A stretch of DNA of 64,000 nucleotides from IMG/VR virus record IMGVR_UViG_3300037483_000643, one strand, 5' to 3'. This document shows, piece by piece, positions 39,451-48,596 of this stretch. The number at the start of each line of letters is the position of its first letter. The stretch's first letter is position 1. The notes under the pieces were generated by a model. It was not told the origin of the DNA. It saw only the letters and a list, made by a program, of their open reading frames with translations, and made no database searches. Origin of the DNA: an uncultured virus (IMG/VR IMGVR_UViG_3300037483_000643) (Duplodnaviria; Heunggongvirae; Uroviricota; Caudoviricetes). The translations under genes were made by a program, and so were the position numbers.

Positions 39451-39703
39451 CGAGGAGCTTCACAGCAGTAGCACCAATGAGCAACCACGCCCACCAAGGC
39501 AATTTCTGCACTTCGGCTGTCACTGCTGCCGCTGTTGGCAGCTGCACACCGACGTCAACAGGTCCGCCAGCATCAGGACCAGCCGTCCAGTTCTGCGCAT
39601 TCTGCACTGCCGAGGTCAGATCGGCACCACCGACCCAAATACCGCCAGTACGCGCACAGTTGGCGGCGAGCGCATCATCAACAGCATCGCCAAAGAAGGT
39701 CAT
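39431..39703 (-). CDS. small C-terminally anchored membrane protein
   Basis: MTFFGD start; LPWWAWLLIG. Confidence 0.55.
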   Translation of the reverse strand: MTFFGDAVDDALAANCARTGGIWVGGADLTSAVQNAQNWTAGPDAGGPVDVGVQLPTAAAVTAEVQKLPWWAWLLIGATAVKLLGGRNRD

Positions 39704-39707
39704 TTCG

Positions 39708-40268
39708 TTATCCGTCCAATCCTAGCTCGCTGTCGATCCCACCAACATCGTCGGCATCGCCGAATCCGCCCACATCACGATCTGCAAACTGCATCCGCCA
39801 GTCGGAGGCGGCAGGCGGTGCCACGTCTGACGTCACTTCCACTACAGCATCAGCAGCCGAAGTGGCGGCAGACGGCATCGGTCGCGTGGCCGACGCCTGC
39901 GCAGAAGCCGAAGTCGAGGCGCCCCGAGCTGCCGGCGACGTCGGAGCGCGTGCGGTAGGCTGCCAGCTCGCGCCAGCTGGCGCTGCCCCAGCGGACTGCA
40001 GCATCGTCACCGCCTTGCGGAGGGCAGCGCGAAGGGTCGCGTTCTGGTTTAAAGCTGACGCAAGCTGGCGCTTCGTGGCGGCCAGCTCGGCGGCGATCAT
40101 CACAGCGTCAGACCTAGGCACCATCCCGCTGGAGGGCATCACGGTCGGCATCGAGGTGCCGTTGGGGACGGCCACTCGCGCCGTACCGTTGCGCATCTCG
40201 TGACTGTGGTGACTGTGGCGGGATTCCCCAGTCATCATCGCAATGATTGTGTCGTGATCAAGCTCCAT
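39708..40268 (-). CDS. coiled-coil virion-associated protein
   Basis: Short coiled coil, acidic GGFGD tail. Confidence 0.5.
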   Translation of the reverse strand: MELDHDTIIAMMTGESRHSHHSHEMRNGTARVAVPNGTSMPTVMPSSGMVPRSDAVMIAAELAATKRQLASALNQNATLRAALRKAVTMLQSAGAAPAGASWQPTARAPTSPAARGASTSASAQASATRPMPSAATSAADAVVEVTSDVAPPAASDWRMQFADRDVGGFGDADDVGGIDSELGLDG

Positions 40269-40282
40269 CTGTCGCCTCCAAA

Positions 40283-41188
40283 TCAGATGTTGCCGTACGA
40301 CAGAATGTCGACGTACTGGTTTGTCAACGTTGCAGCGCCAAGATCTGACAAAGTGACGATCATGGCATCACCACGGAAGAGGCCCACCCCATCGCGCAGC
40401 TCCAACACCGGATACGGCGTCGAAGTACCGGAAGCCGCCGGCCACGTCACGTCGAAGGAAGTGAAATCGGTGTAAGCGATCGTGCTGCCGTCCGAACCGA
40501 GATCGAAGTCGTCGATCCCTTGCAGGATGACGCGCATCGTGGTTGGTACGGCCAGGGTGCTAACTCTAAGACGCAGTACCAATCGTGTTGGTACAGCGGC
40601 AAATTCGGCGAGGCCATTTTGCGGAATCGGGCTGCCGGGCAGCGCTGTGTTGTAGCGGAATGCGTTCTTCCACGGGAAGCGCAGCGGCAGCGCGGCCGTC
40701 CAGGCATTGGGCGACGTACTTGGGTTGGCGTCAGCGACGATCTTCAACCGTACACGCTGCAGCAACACCTCGTGCGCCGCTTCAGGCCAGATCAACATGC
40801 TGTCGTCTTCGTCGGCAACAATCAACTTGGCGAGACCCCCACCAAGCCAGCCAAACGGCAGCCCCCACGTCACCGACTGGAATCCGTTGGCGAGCGGACC
40901 CTTCACGACCTGACCAGGCGTCAGCCCCAGCGTGACAGCACCTTCAACACCCTTCATCGTCGTCATTACAGGCAGCTGTGAATGCGGATGCAGCCCAATG
41001 ATCCGACCTGAGACCTGTTGCGTGATCGGCGTGCCGACGATGAGGCCGGTTGCCCCAGGGTCTTGCGTTAGGATCGCATTATGCAACTGTGTGTTGTCGA
41101 AGAACGATTGCAGCGGAAAAATGCTCTTGAGCACCGCTGCGTTATTCCTAGTGATGATGCAGGCGCCAGCCATTCTATCTCTCCTCAT
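40283..41188 (-). CDS. beta-rich putative minor capsid/vertex protein
   Basis: Alternating beta-strand pattern; directly follows the three capsid-like paralogs. Confidence 0.45.
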   Translation of the reverse strand: MRRDRMAGACIITRNNAAVLKSIFPLQSFFDNTQLHNAILTQDPGATGLIVGTPITQQVSGRIIGLHPHSQLPVMTTMKGVEGAVTLGLTPGQVVKGPLANGFQSVTWGLPFGWLGGGLAKLIVADEDDSMLIWPEAAHEVLLQRVRLKIVADANPSTSPNAWTAALPLRFPWKNAFRYNTALPGSPIPQNGLAEFAAVPTRLVLRLRVSTLAVPTTMRVILQGIDDFDLGSDGSTIAYTDFTSFDVTWPAASGTSTPYPVLELRDGVGLFRGDAMIVTLSDLGAATLTNQYVDILSYGNI

Positions 41189-41205
41189 TCTCTAGTAGCG
41201 CTGCA

Positions 41206-42270
41206 TCAACGAGAAATCAGTTCAGGATCGATCGGAACGCCGAAGGAAGTGATCGGAACATCTCTGTAACCGACCATCCCGATCCCGAGCTGCGGCGTGA
41301 ACATGCGCTGAGTTGCCAGGTCCAAGGTTGTGTAGTCGACGTCGGCGATGTAGTAACCATTGGGCGCCAACATCGTGTTTGCATTCCACGAACGGTTACC
41401 ATGATGGAACAAGACACCGACTGGCGTCTGATCACGCACGCCGAGGATACCATTCTCCCCGTACAACCGCACGTGGCAGTTACGCGCAGCTCCCTGCGCA
41501 TCGTCCATCGCGTTACCGTTTGCGTCAACTCCCGTCAGCGCTGCAGAGAAGCGCTGCACGAGAAGTTGCTGTGCTGTCTGATTCTTCAGATCGGTAGGCA
41601 ACGACTGTTCAGTAAGAACAGAGCCTTCTGTAGTAGAGGCTAGAGCTGTGATCCACCGTGCAGCATACGGGACATGAGACATTGCCGGCAGCTTGGCCTT
41701 GTCGCCGATCGCCCGCCCGAGCATCGTCACTGCCGGCAGCACTGAATCTGGGGGCGATGCGAACAGCCCCGATCGATTGTCGTAGATGAATCGGACGTCG
41801 AGGCGCGCACCACGCGGCAGAAGCATCGGCTTTGGCAGCCGCCACACGTGGAATGCAGTAGTGTGCGTCGAGGCGCCAGCGAACGACAGATCCGTTTCAA
41901 CGCCGATGTCGCGCGGCTTGCCAAGCAGTTCAAGCGGCATGTCGTAGCAGATCGGCACCGGCCCGACGTTGATCGTAGTGCGTAGCAGTGGAAAGGGCGA
42001 TGAAATGGTGCGGAATCGCAGCTCATCCACCAGCATCGGCGTGTGGAACGGGCAGTACAGCCCTTCCGGCACCGCCACGGGGCCACTATTGGCGGTAAGC
42101 GTGATCGTACCAGTATCGCTGTCGAAGACGAACGGCGTCAACGCTTCGTTCGCATCGACCACGCCGTGATGTGGCCCGAAGTTCTTACCGCTTGAGCTGT
42201 ACTGCCTGGCGACCGTCGCAGCCGCTTGTGCATGCCGGCGACGCTGCGCAAGTGCTTGTGCACGGGTCAC
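41206..42270 (-). CDS. tandem jelly-roll-like capsid protein paralog 3
   Basis: PMLVDELRF, LPKPMLLPRG, VPYAARW, SLPTDLKN, MVGYRD. Confidence 0.55.
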   Translation of the reverse strand: MTRAQALAQRRRHAQAAATVARQYSSSGKNFGPHHGVVDANEALTPFVFDSDTGTITLTANSGPVAVPEGLYCPFHTPMLVDELRFRTISSPFPLLRTTINVGPVPICYDMPLELLGKPRDIGVETDLSFAGASTHTTAFHVWRLPKPMLLPRGARLDVRFIYDNRSGLFASPPDSVLPAVTMLGRAIGDKAKLPAMSHVPYAARWITALASTTEGSVLTEQSLPTDLKNQTAQQLLVQRFSAALTGVDANGNAMDDAQGAARNCHVRLYGENGILGVRDQTPVGVLFHHGNRSWNANTMLAPNGYYIADVDYTTLDLATQRMFTPQLGIGMVGYRDVPITSFGVPIDPELISR

Positions 42271-43190
42271 GGCGCCACCTCCTTACGCGATCCGACAAGC
42301 GAGATCATTGGAATACCCGGATTCTGCAAGGCTGGCGTCTTCGACAGCGTGACTTGGTAGTTGCGACCTGGATCAACACGCTGTCTTAAAGTCCAGGTCG
42401 GATCCTGCGGATGGAAGATCGCTTCCCAATCCACCGCCGGCTGCGTCGGGTTTGACGTGATCGACCGATTGTACGGATCTATGATTCCCACTTTCACCGC
42501 GTTTGCTTGCGACAGACTGTAATACCGCTTGGGCGTTGAAGTTGCGGCACCGGCAAGACCAAGAATCGCTCCGACGAAGCGCTGAGTTGTGATCACCTTG
42601 CCGCACTCGTTGCTAAGGTCGCGCTCCAACGACTTGCGAACTCCGGTGTCACCAGACACAGCTGGCACGAAGGCCGTCACGTACGGCACGTCGATTTCAG
42701 CTGGGGTCTTGCCATCAGTCAGGTTTCCGATAACCGCGCATCGAGCGGTGATTGACGCGCCAGTCACAGCAGCAGTGAACGATGCATCGAATCGATTGGT
42801 ACGGAAAAAGGTACACTTGATCCCGCCTCCCGGTGCCACATACATCGGCGCCGGCAGGATCCAGCGATAGGTTGTGTACGTCGTGGTGATGCCGTCACCG
42901 CGCGCACCAACCTGACCGAGCGCGTTCAGATCGTTGTAGTACCGATCGTACGGCGGTGCGAAATTCCAGATCGGCACGAAATCATTGGTGATCGCGAAGC
43001 GGCCAGCTTCAATCTTGGCCCACACGATGCCGCCGAGGTCGCCGGCCGACGCCGGAAGCGAAGCCGTGAAGACGATCTCACGCACGAACATCGCCTGAGA
43101 CTGCGGCGCCTGTAGCTTCGTGAGGTCGAGTACGCCCGTTGCGCCAGCGGCGAGGGAGACGGAATCGGAGAGGATGATCGGTGCGTGCAT
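42267..43190 (-). CDS. tandem jelly-roll-like capsid protein paralog 2
   Basis: AMFVREIVF, LPAPMYVAPG, VPYVTAF, SLERDLSN, LVGSRK. Confidence 0.55.
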   Translation of the reverse strand: MHAPIILSDSVSLAAGATGVLDLTKLQAPQSQAMFVREIVFTASLPASAGDLGGIVWAKIEAGRFAITNDFVPIWNFAPPYDRYYNDLNALGQVGARGDGITTTYTTYRWILPAPMYVAPGGGIKCTFFRTNRFDASFTAAVTGASITARCAVIGNLTDGKTPAEIDVPYVTAFVPAVSGDTGVRKSLERDLSNECGKVITTQRFVGAILGLAGAATSTPKRYYSLSQANAVKVGIIDPYNRSITSNPTQPAVDWEAIFHPQDPTWTLRQRVDPGRNYQVTLSKTPALQNPGIPMISLVGSRKEVAP

Positions 43191-43193
43191 TGT

Positions 43194-43817
43194 CTAGCCC
43201 CTTCGTCCAGCAAAAGCACCACCGAGAAGATAGGCGCCTACTGCGATGGCAACAACTGTAAGCCACGTCGCGCTTGCAGGCGAAAGCGTTGGAGTGCTGG
43301 CGCTTGGTGTAACATTCGCAGACGTTAGCTGTGTTCCGACGAATGCTGGACCAACAACACCCGGATTTTTACAGCCTGGTGTGCATGGAAGACTAGGGGC
43401 CCACGCCACATTTGGGTCAAACGGGCCACTGATGTCAGGACAGTCGAACCACACTTGACCTGGTGGACAAGTACGCGCTAACGCCTGCTGCACTGCTTGT
43501 GGCGCCGCCACTAGCGGTGACGACGTTCCCACAGGTTGGATCCTGTAGATCGCGTTCGGCTGAACAGCTGTAACACCAGGAACGCTTAGGGCAACAGCCT
43601 TGATTTGATCGGGGAACGCTACACCCAACCCAGTGACACGGTACGCCGTACCGCTTCTATTCAAGGCCGTTACATTGACCGTTCCTGAAATCGACGCCCT
43701 GAACGCCGCCTGTAGTGCTGCCGCGCTTGCAGTACCACTGACGATCGCTTCGCCTTGTACATAATCGACGCCTGGGTAACCCCAAGCATCAGCGGCGGAG
43801 AAGTCATTGAAGTTCAT
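43194..43817 (-). CDS. C-terminally anchored membrane protein
   Basis: TM WLTVVAIAVGAYLLGG + RR. Confidence 0.55.
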   Translation of the reverse strand: MNFNDFSAADAWGYPGVDYVQGEAIVSGTASAAALQAAFRASISGTVNVTALNRSGTAYRVTGLGVAFPDQIKAVALSVPGVTAVQPNAIYRIQPVGTSSPLVAAPQAVQQALARTCPPGQVWFDCPDISGPFDPNVAWAPSLPCTPGCKNPGVVGPAFVGTQLTSANVTPSASTPTLSPASATWLTVVAIAVGAYLLGGAFAGRRG

Positions 43818-43832
43818 ATGCCCCTCCGATTG

Positions 43833-44867
43833 TTACGCGATCTCGCGGTAGCCAACCATCACCATCGCGAGGTTGGCCTTGTAGGCGTTTGCGGCGTTCG
43901 TGAATCCCTGTGTCGTCAGCGTAGAGAGCAAGTACGAATTGGGCGGCATGTGCATCGGCGCCTCAATGCTAAATGACGGCGGGGGGAAGACAACACCCAT
44001 CGGCGTCGCTTGCTTCACGATGCCGACACCATGCGAGTTGCGGATCTGGCATAGCACAAGATCTCGCGCGTCTGGCGAGTCACCGAGAGAGACGAAGGAG
44101 AAAGCACCACTCTGCGTCTGCGTCGACAAGACGACTCGACCGATCAATCGCCGCAGGATCAGCGCAGCACCCGAGTTGTTGACGAGATCCTTTTCTGTCG
44201 AGTCAACACGAGCCGGAGCATTTGCTAGTGCGGTGCCGATGTCCAATGCCGATGGACTCCAGACGGCCAGATACGGCAGCTTCCGAACACGCGGAATCGA
44301 CAGCACCGCGCGCCCGCTGATCCCGACGTTGACAGTGATGTCTTGTGGAACGATCGACTTGTGATTCAACGAAATGTTGAGCTGATCTTGCGGCAGCAGA
44401 TAGATCGGTTCGTCAAACGGCATCCGACCGAAGGCGGCACCGTAAGTGTCTTGAATGAAGGTACCGCCGCTGACGCCAGCGAACGCGTTGTTTTCGTCAC
44501 GCGAGTTGACGAGAGGTGCCAAAGCGTGCAGCGGCACACCAGCCGACGTGATCTGGTAGTTCTGATATGCCATCTGCAGCTCGATCATCAGACCGTGTGC
44601 AGTGGTCTGGGAGCCGGAAGTTGGCACAGTCGTAAGAGACCACTTCAGTTCGTGGATCTCCAACGGCACAGGCAGTGGATTGCGGAAGGCATCGCCAAGA
44701 ACGATGTTGCTCTGTCCCGACGAAAGCGTCACCTGTGCATTCAGATGCACAGGGACAGCGATCATGGCAGGATCAACATTGAGCTGACGGGCTGCGGGGG
44801 AGAGCTGCGCGGACTGCGGTGCGATGATCGATGCCACTTTTTGTACCTCCAAGGGCGCTAGCTGCAA
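43833..44867 (-). CDS. tandem jelly-roll-like capsid protein paralog 1
   Basis: PLEIHELKW, FDEPIYLLPQ, LPYLAVW, STEKDLVN, MVGYRE; RBS GGAGG. Confidence 0.55.
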   Translation of the reverse strand: MQLAPLEVQKVASIIAPQSAQLSPAARQLNVDPAMIAVPVHLNAQVTLSSGQSNIVLGDAFRNPLPVPLEIHELKWSLTTVPTSGSQTTAHGLMIELQMAYQNYQITSAGVPLHALAPLVNSRDENNAFAGVSGGTFIQDTYGAAFGRMPFDEPIYLLPQDQLNISLNHKSIVPQDITVNVGISGRAVLSIPRVRKLPYLAVWSPSALDIGTALANAPARVDSTEKDLVNNSGAALILRRLIGRVVLSTQTQSGAFSFVSLGDSPDARDLVLCQIRNSHGVGIVKQATPMGVVFPPPSFSIEAPMHMPPNSYLLSTLTTQGFTNAANAYKANLAMVMVGYREIA

Positions 44868-44898
44868 CCCTCCCCCGCCACACGTTTGCAGCGGGAGA

Positions 44899-45984
44899 TT
44901 ACGCCACGTGTTGCCAACACTTGTTGGCGATGATCCTGTAAATCTGTGTGATCGAAACCTTGCACTTCTCGGAATACTCTTCTGCTAGCCGCGCTTTTGG
45001 TTCGCCAACTACTGCGCGTGCGCGAATTTCACGCACGATAGTTTCAGTCAGTATGGCTGTGTTGACAGCTTCGCCACGCGGCAGGTCGCCACGATCACGC
45101 GCAACGGCCGGATCCCACTCAATCCCTTTGACCGCTTCATCATCTAGCCAAGTCTGCCCCTGAATGACGTCAGAAATGCAACACGGTGAAACACCAAACA
45201 TCTTGGCAAGATCGACGCCGAGCTTTCCATTTGCATGAAGTTGGCGGATCTCGTGTGCCTTCTGCGCATCTAGCTTGGCATTGATAATTGGCTTGAACAC
45301 ACGCGTTGGAAGGATCGACTTTTCGATCACAGCGGGCGCAACATGGCGCCAAGTTGTGCCATGGTCGATCAGCATGATCGTTTCAGGCGTCACGTGGAAG
45401 TGTTCAGCGATGCGCGCGTTAACACCTTTGAACGGTCGTCCGGTTACAGGACTTTTCGGCGCACCTGCAAGTTCACCTTTGATGATCGCGACTTGTTCTT
45501 TTGTCAGCTTCGAGCCGCCAACTAACTCACCACGCGCCAAAAGTTCAGGCGCAACGCGCGAGTAGTGCCGTGCCCCCCCAGGCGCGCGGCCTTTGGCTAC
45601 CATGTCAGCGCTGTTTTCTGCGTTCGTTCCTAAATTCAAGTGTGTTGTAGCGGCATCAAGCACCGCTTTAACGCACAAACGAACATCACACGAGTGCATC
45701 AGCAACAATTTGTTGCCGGCGGCGTCAAATTCGGGGGGCCATTCGCCATGCACTAGACGCCATGCCATTCTGTGTGCGCGAACGTTTCGACGCTTGGGTG
45801 TGCCACTGGAAAGGTATTCACCTTCAACAGCGAGACTGAAATAGCCGTAACCGTCACCACCGCCATCATGCAACCCACCACGCCACATCCAACAACCGTC
45901 TCCTCCATCCAACTTTTCTACTTTTCGCCAAAACAACGCGTGCGTGCGCGGTGTGATTACAAGGTTGTAGTGCGATTCATGCAT
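44899..45984 (-). CDS. free-standing HNH homing endonuclease with three C-terminal HTH-like repeats
   Basis: CWMWRG, GYG, AHRMAW, MHSCDVRLCV, HLNLGTNAEN; repeats KLTKEQV / KLDAQKA / ILTETIV. Confidence 0.85.
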   Translation of the reverse strand: MHESHYNLVITPRTHALFWRKVEKLDGGDGCWMWRGGLHDGGGDGYGYFSLAVEGEYLSSGTPKRRNVRAHRMAWRLVHGEWPPEFDAAGNKLLLMHSCDVRLCVKAVLDAATTHLNLGTNAENSADMVAKGRAPGGARHYSRVAPELLARGELVGGSKLTKEQVAIIKGELAGAPKSPVTGRPFKGVNARIAEHFHVTPETIMLIDHGTTWRHVAPAVIEKSILPTRVFKPIINAKLDAQKAHEIRQLHANGKLGVDLAKMFGVSPCCISDVIQGQTWLDDEAVKGIEWDPAVARDRGDLPRGEAVNTAILTETIVREIRARAVVGEPKARLAEEYSEKCKVSITQIYRIIANKCWQHVA

Positions 45985-46044
45985 AATTCCCCCATCGCGA
46001 TTGAACGATGGGGGAATTATAGCTAACCGTGCAGAAAGTGGCAA
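45983..46044 (-). promoter_or_regulatory. RBS-sequestering 15-bp hairpin with overlapping promoter TTGCCA-N17-TATAAT
   Basis: Perfect IR 45983-45997 / 46006-46020; -10 at 46021-46016, -35 at 46044-46039. Confidence 0.75.
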
Positions 46045-46134
46045 GAAGGGAGCACACTCAGTCTGAGTGGTGCTGCACCCCCTTCTAGAATCCCCAGTCT
46101 GCACGGTGTTTTGCCCCTAACTTCACTGGTTGTA

Positions 46135-46845
46135 TCAGCCTCTCACGTCCCTCTTGGTCATGACGCCCATCAGGCACGTCAGAAGCGAAGCCGCGCCCGC
46201 ACCGTCAGTCGTGCGGAACACGAGCGACGCGCTGCCAGCGACGCCGACGACGCCTTCGAGCGAGTCACCACGAGCGACGAGGATCGGCACCTTGAACCGA
46301 CGGCTGACGCCGAGGGCACCGTTGTTGACGAGGCCCTGAGTGACGGCGTTGGCGGTGGAGCTGATCGAGCCGAAGATGCCGCCGGCAGCGGGGAACGCCC
46401 ACACCGGACCCTGCACTTCGACGTTGCTGGAGTTCTTGAACTGGAAGAACACCTTGGACGAGACGTCGCACGCTTCGAGCTGCGTCGCACCCCACGTGTT
46501 CAGCGTACCAGTAGATCCGATGCCGCACTGCTCAAGCGAGAGACCGATCGACTTGATTGCAGCGTCGCCGAGCGCCGAGCCCAGCTCGCCAGCCTTGTTG
46601 AGGTTGGTCGTCACCTCGGTGTAGGTGAGCTGATGCGCCTGCGCGACGGTGATCGAGCTGCCCTTGAGCGCAGGAATCGTCTGGCCCTGGGGGTTCGTGA
46701 AGATCTTCTGCTGCCCGCTGCCGCCGTGCGCCAGCACGATCGCGCTGTACACGTGCTCATCGTGGATCGCCGCCTTGCCCGGAACGGCGGTAGGGCTGCG
46801 GAAGCGGCCATCAGGGAAGTAGGTTGCGGAAGTGATGTCGGCCAT
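46135..46845 (-). CDS. putative major capsid protein (single jelly-roll-like)
   Basis: IFTNPQG...TNLNKAGEL, FKVPILVARGDSL; strongly GC3-biased codons, AAGGA RBS, long downstream hairpin. Confidence 0.55.
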   Translation of the reverse strand: MADITSATYFPDGRFRSPTAVPGKAAIHDEHVYSAIVLAHGGSGQQKIFTNPQGQTIPALKGSSITVAQAHQLTYTEVTTNLNKAGELGSALGDAAIKSIGLSLEQCGIGSTGTLNTWGATQLEACDVSSKVFFQFKNSSNVEVQGPVWAFPAAGGIFGSISSTANAVTQGLVNNGALGVSRRFKVPILVARGDSLEGVVGVAGSASLVFRTTDGAGAASLLTCLMGVMTKRDVRG

Positions 46846-46967
46846 CGTGTCGTCCTTTGTCGCGCGTTAGCGCTTTGTTTTGCTGCATCTGGTGTTTCAG
46901 TTTGTTGCTACAAAGCGCCCGCTAGCGGCAAGGCGACTGAATCGGGAGATTCTACAGAAGTGTTGTG

Positions 46968-47573
46968 TTACCCGATGATCGGCTCGTCATCAACCTGCAT
47001 CGCCAGAGCGGCGAGGTCGCCGAGACCGGGGTTGTCCGAGTAGCCATGCATCGCGCGCATCGCGCCCTGAGTGTTGGGATTGAAGATGGGCGCGCGATCG
47101 TCCACGAGCAGCCCGTTGTACCCACGGCTGTTCCGCACAACGTCATCCACGAGCAGACCGGCGAGGCGGAGATCCACGACATCGGAGAAGTACACAGGGT
47201 ACTTCACCTTGACGTAGTTCAGCGCCGTGAGGAACGCGCCAGCTGTGATGGCGCCAACCATGATGCCAGGCCCGTGCGAAGGCTTCTTCATCGCCTTGGC
47301 ACCCATGCTGCCGCCGAGACCGGCGACCACACCGGCAATCGCCGGCATGTACTGCTGGATCGACGCGTTGGAGAGGAACGCGATCCGAGGAGCGCCCGTC
47401 GCATCCTTCATGTTCTTCAGGTAGTTGACCGCCGCGATCCCGGCAATCGCCGCGCCAGCGCCGAGGAGAGCGTCAGTTGCCTTCACGCTGCCCTTGAACG
47501 CCTTGAACGAGTCAGTCAGACCGTTGAGAGTCACGATATCGCCGTAGCTTCGACGGCGCCTGCGCTTCGCCAT
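46968..47573 (-). CDS. major membrane protein candidate (basic N-terminus, 3 TM)
   Basis: MAKRRRRRSYGD, three Gly/Ala hydrophobic helices; immediately upstream of the MCP candidate. Confidence 0.6.
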   Translation of the reverse strand: MAKRRRRRSYGDIVTLNGLTDSFKAFKGSVKATDALLGAGAAIAGIAAVNYLKNMKDATGAPRIAFLSNASIQQYMPAIAGVVAGLGGSMGAKAMKKPSHGPGIMVGAITAGAFLTALNYVKVKYPVYFSDVVDLRLAGLLVDDVVRNSRGYNGLLVDDRAPIFNPNTQGAMRAMHGYSDNPGLGDLAALAMQVDDEPIIG

Positions 47574-47649
47574 ATGATTACCCCTTTGTCCTTTTGTTTC
47601 GGCTCGTCGCCGTCTTGCTACAGCAGTTTGTGTTTTCTACAGCTCGACA

Positions 47650-47799
47650 CTACTTCTTGAGCTTGGCTTTCATGCACGCGTGGTACGCACCCTTGCGCCC
47701 GCTCTTGTGCGCGATCACCTTGCACGAGTGTGCGGCAGCCGTGAACCGGCGCTGCTCCGCCGTCTTGCCGCCGCCCCTACGCTTCCGACGCTTCGCCAT
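47650..47799 (-). CDS. very basic 49-aa core-like protein (family B)
   Basis: MAKRRKRRGGG...RFTAAAHSC...YHACM; RBS GGAGG. Confidence 0.6.
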   Translation of the reverse strand: MAKRRKRRGGGKTAEQRRFTAAAHSCKVIAHKSGRKGAYHACMKAKLKK

Positions 47800-47876
47800 G
47801 TGTTTTCCTCCACTGTACGACTTCGTGTCGTATCCACTCAGCACTACGATCTTGGCTTCGGCTGCCACGTTGCGCC

Positions 47877-48161
47877 TCACTTCAATGCTTTCCTAGATGC
47901 TAGAGAACGCAGCGCCTTTCGGAGTGCCGCGGTTGGCGTGCGCGCGTCGTGTGATTCGCCACAGCGCATAGGATTCCACGACCGTCCAGATCTTCCTACG
48001 CGATGCCTAACTACACAAGCACGCGCACCGTAGCCGTCTTCACCACGTGCAATTACAGCGTCAATCTTGACGTGGCGCCCTGCCTGCCGTGATCCGGTAC
48101 CAATTCTGTAGTACGTGGATCGAACTTTCTTGCCGCTTCGCCTAAGCGCACCGTATGCCAT
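47877..48161 (-). CDS. basic paralog family A member
   Basis: YGARAC...CGESHDARTPTAALRKAL. Confidence 0.65.
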   Translation of the reverse strand: MAYGALRRSGKKVRSTYYRIGTGSRQAGRHVKIDAVIARGEDGYGARACVVRHRVGRSGRSWNPMRCGESHDARTPTAALRKALRSLASRKALK

Positions 48162-48177
48162 GTCGTCCCCCAACGAT

Positions 48178-48570
48178 TTACTTCTTCTTGAGCAGCATCG
48201 AGATCGCAATGAGGCCGGCGACGGCGACACCGCCGAGGATCAACATTTGCTGCGTCTTGGCGGCACTCTGTGTGGCGGTGAGCTGCGTAATGGCGCCAGA
48301 CTGCTGCGCCATGGCGGCAGTCTGCGCCTGCTGCCGCGCAAGCTCCGTCTGTGCCTCTGTCCTGGTGATGCCAGTGTACGTGTTGGCGCCGGCAGTGATG
48401 AGGTTGGCGGTGCCGGTCAGAAACCCACCCCAGTCGAAACTTTCGCCTGTTGCATCATCTTCGGCGAATCCGCCAAAGTCGGCGAGCGACAGCGGCGCCT
48501 GCCCGTACTGTCGATAATCACGGAAGTTCGAAAATCCGCTAAGGGTAACAACGTCGGCGTATGCGCTCAT
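48178..48570 (-). CDS. C-terminally anchored membrane protein
   Basis: LADFGGF, TM + KKK. Confidence 0.6.
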   Translation of the reverse strand: MSAYADVVTLSGFSNFRDYRQYGQAPLSLADFGGFAEDDATGESFDWGGFLTGTANLITAGANTYTGITRTEAQTELARQQAQTAAMAQQSGAITQLTATQSAAKTQQMLILGGVAVAGLIAISMLLKKK

Positions 48571-48596
48571 CTAGTGGTCTCCGAAACAGAAGTGTG

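Noticed and set aside
44899..46134. Group I intron carrying the HNH gene
   Set aside because: Both flanking genes look complete, with their own stop or RBS, and there is no room for an intron core; treated as a free-standing endonuclease
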